Source of the DNA: Hydrolagus affinis
Lineage: Eukaryota
Reading direction: 5' to 3'
Assembly (NCBI GenBank): GCA_012026655.1
Contig: JAAILG010000876.1
Location: forward strand, 1-64,000
DNA: 64,000 nucleotides
In this document: piece by piece, positions 61,977-64,000 of the stretch
Layout: each line of letters opens with the position of its first letter
Position numbering within the stretch: the first letter of the stretch is position 1
Program-made: the position numbers and the translations under genes
The notes under the pieces: model-generated
Database searches by the model: none
What the model was told of the DNA's origin: nothing
Seen by the model: the letters and a program-made list of their open reading frames with translations, nothing else

Positions 61977-62656
61977 TAGGGTCCGGCGATATATCGATAT
62001 ATCAGTTATATCCGATATAATTTTCATATCGATATGCCTATGTAGACATTTTAAAAATATCGATATATCGATNNNNNNNNNNNNNNNNNNNNNNNNNNNN
62101 NNNNNNNNNNNNNNNNNNNNNNNNNNNNNNNNNNNNNNNNNNNNNNNNNNNNNNNNNNNNNNNNNNNNNNNNTACAATATACAGGTATGCAAGGGGTGAG
62201 GGGAGAGACGGGGGGGGGGTGAGCGGAGAGAGACCGGGGTGGGGGGGGGAACGGGCGGGGAGAGAGAGAGAGACCCGGGGGGGGAGGGGGAGGGAGAGAG
62301 AGAGAGAAACCAGGGGTGGGGGGGAGGGAGAGAGAGAGACCGGGGGGGGGAGACGGGGGGGATGTGATAATATTCAGATAGATAGAGATGGGGGGGGATG
62401 TGAGAGAGGAGAGAGACACAGAGACACAGACAGAAAAACACAGAGATGGAGAGAGTGAGTGTGAGAGACACAGCGAGAGAGATATTTACCTCCTGAGGAA
62501 ATAGGCCCCGAATGCGCACGCACCTCCGAATGCGCGTGCACTCCCGAATGCGCATGCGCAGTACGAAACCCCCCGAAAATATCGATATGTCGGTATACCT
62601 CGATATGAGCCCGTCAATATATCTAAATCAGAAAATTTCCAGATCGACGGACCCTA
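61977..62656. mobile_element. Non-autonomous hAT-type DNA transposon (MITE) with 8-bp TSD
   Basis: TTCCAGAG|tagggtccggcgat ... atcgacggacccta|TTCCAGAG. The 14-bp TIRs match at 13/14. Subterminal ATATCGATAT repeats at both ends. Contains the assembly gap. Confidence 0.9.
62073..62172. other. Assembly gap (100 N)
   Basis: Run of exactly 100 N next to a G/GA-rich low-complexity tract. Confidence 0.99.
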
Positions 62657-63319
62657 TTCCAGAGTGTAATAATTCCTTCAAAAAAATAATAATTTGGTGA
62701 CTCAATTTATGCCTGTTTGTAGACAATGCTGTGCACAGTTGCCAGCCGTGTTTCGGCCACCCAATATGCAGTCACTACACTTTACAGTCTATGCTATGAA
62801 GCACTTTGAGACGTCCCAATGACGTGATAAGGTGTTATATCAAATGAAAGGATTATTATTTTTGTAGATGAGACCTCGGTTTAACATGTTATCCAAAGAA
62901 CACTTCTCCCTCATTGCACCCCCACCACCCCTCTCCCCACCCCAAGCAATGCATTGTAGTGTCAGCTTGGACTTGTGTGACTCCTATTCCCAATATGGGG
63001 TTTGAACTCAATGCTAATTTGATTAGATAATTTAGGCATTATTTTGGTAGGTTCAAAGTAAGTGAATGCTTCACTGCTGCGTTTGTGCCAGCACAGATTG
63101 TGAGCTGACCTTTCCGGTCCATCCTTATTCGAGAAGCATCAATTAATCAGGCTTCAGTGTTGCAATGAACCTAGTTTGAGTTGGCAGAATTGTATCTCCA
63201 AATTGTATTCCTTCCATCATTTGATTGCCAAAGCAGACCTGAGAGTGAGTGAGGATATCATCTTTGTCTATGTGTTCCCTTCAAAGCTGCGCATTACAGA
63301 ATTTCCTTTATTTTCGCAG

Positions 63320-63373
63320 AGATCCCAGCAGTTGCACCGACATCTGTGGTCAGCAGTACAGAAGAGCCTGCAG
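63320..63373 (+). CDS. NTN3: Netrin-3 fourth coding exon (54-nt linker between LE3 and the NTR domain)
   Basis: tttcctttattttcgcag|AG ATC CCA GCA GTT GCA CCG ACA TCT GTG GTC AGC AGT ACA GAA GAG CCT GCA G|gtgagt = (K)IPAVAPTSVVSSTEEPA. Matches the netrin linker (NTN1 KIPVAPPTTAASSVEEPED; netrin-2 KIPAINPTSLVTSTEAPAD). Phase 1-1. Found by manual reading. Confidence 0.93.
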
Positions 63374-64000
63374 GTGAGTGAGGCCCTAATCCCATTACGA
63401 TACAAGTGCTGTTAAATTATGATCTTTACTCTTAAAATATGTGCTTCCTTATATCCTGGTTCTTTGGTTAGACATATTGATACTGAATTATATTGTTCAA
63501 CTTGGAGTCTTTGGCATGGATTCAACAACACCAATTCTCAAGCACCTTGAGGATTTTGTTATGATTCTGCCTTGTTTTATTCTTCTATAATATCACTACA
63601 TTATCACAGTGCTTCTGACCTAATTCAAGCCAGACAGAAGGCTTGAATTGAATCTCTACTGTTTATTATGGTCCATTAAACATTAATGGATGTGGACAGT
63701 TAATTTGCTACTAAAATGGCAATCTGACTTCAAGGTGATAGGAATGGCTAATGCAGGAAATGAATGATACTGTAGCATTCCTGAGCTCTACCCAGCTATA
63801 CTGAGAATGGATTTAATGCATATAACTGGGAGAGCTATAACCTTTGTTCTGCATCTGTCCAATAAGGTGCTGGACCTGAGTATGTTTGATGGTGACACCA
63901 AGTCCTTGAACTGTTGAACTGTTTCATTTCTCAGGAACCCCCCATTCCACAAAAAAAATACCCCTAAAATTATATCTATTTTACGGTCATGAATTTCACT

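Larger units (their letters stand above)
61890..62860 (+). mobile_element. SINE (young family) split in two by a hAT-type insertion
   Basis: The 5' part (ttactcccc..cttctgtttacctagcagtaag..ttagtcgattggctgattgctttcc) and the 3' part (gtaataattccttcaaaaaaataataatttggtgactc..atcaaatgaaaggattattatt) are collinear with the intact copy at 38478-38841. Confidence 0.82.

Noticed and set aside
61941-62555. Pro/Ser-rich ORFs spanning the N run
   Set aside because: Artefacts of low-complexity sequence and the assembly gap inside a MITE.
63374-64000. Next netrin exon (DCDSYC.., start of the NTR domain)
   Set aside because: Not found in the remaining sequence; it presumably lies beyond the window.

Overview
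Vertebrate genomic DNA, not prokaryotic. The repeat content (L2 and CR1 LINEs, DeuSINE/SacSINE1-like SINEs and LF-SINE-like relics) suggests a cartilaginous fish, possibly a chimaera; that assignment is inference. The window holds most of one + strand protein-coding gene, a secreted netrin of the netrin-3 (chicken netrin-2 / fish ntn2) branch. Four coding exons are visible: 6219-7239 (signal peptide, LN domain, LE1), 30718-30906 (LE2), 47735-47884 (LE3) and a 54-nt linker exon at 63320-63373 that the ORF track does not show in frame. All are joined by canonical phase-1 GT-AG introns of about 15-23 kb. The C-terminal NTR/C345C exons are not in the window, and no upstream non-coding exon could be identified. 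The rest is intronic: LINE fragments, several SINE families, at least three MITE-like DNA elements, microsatellites and one 100-N gap. I found no convincing novel multi-gene system. The most unusual structures are (i) a 92-bp segment made entirely of two perfect inverted copies of nearby upstream and downstream DNA (22044-22774), (ii) a young CpG-rich hAT-type MITE with a perfect NRF1 palindrome nested in a SINE just upstream of the 54-nt exon, (iii) netrin-1-like ancestral features plus an extra cysteine in this netrin-3, and (iv) a mosaic SINE that shares its 3' tail with the resident L2. Repeat boundaries are approximate unless TSDs are given. Family names come from recalled consensus similarity, not from a database search.
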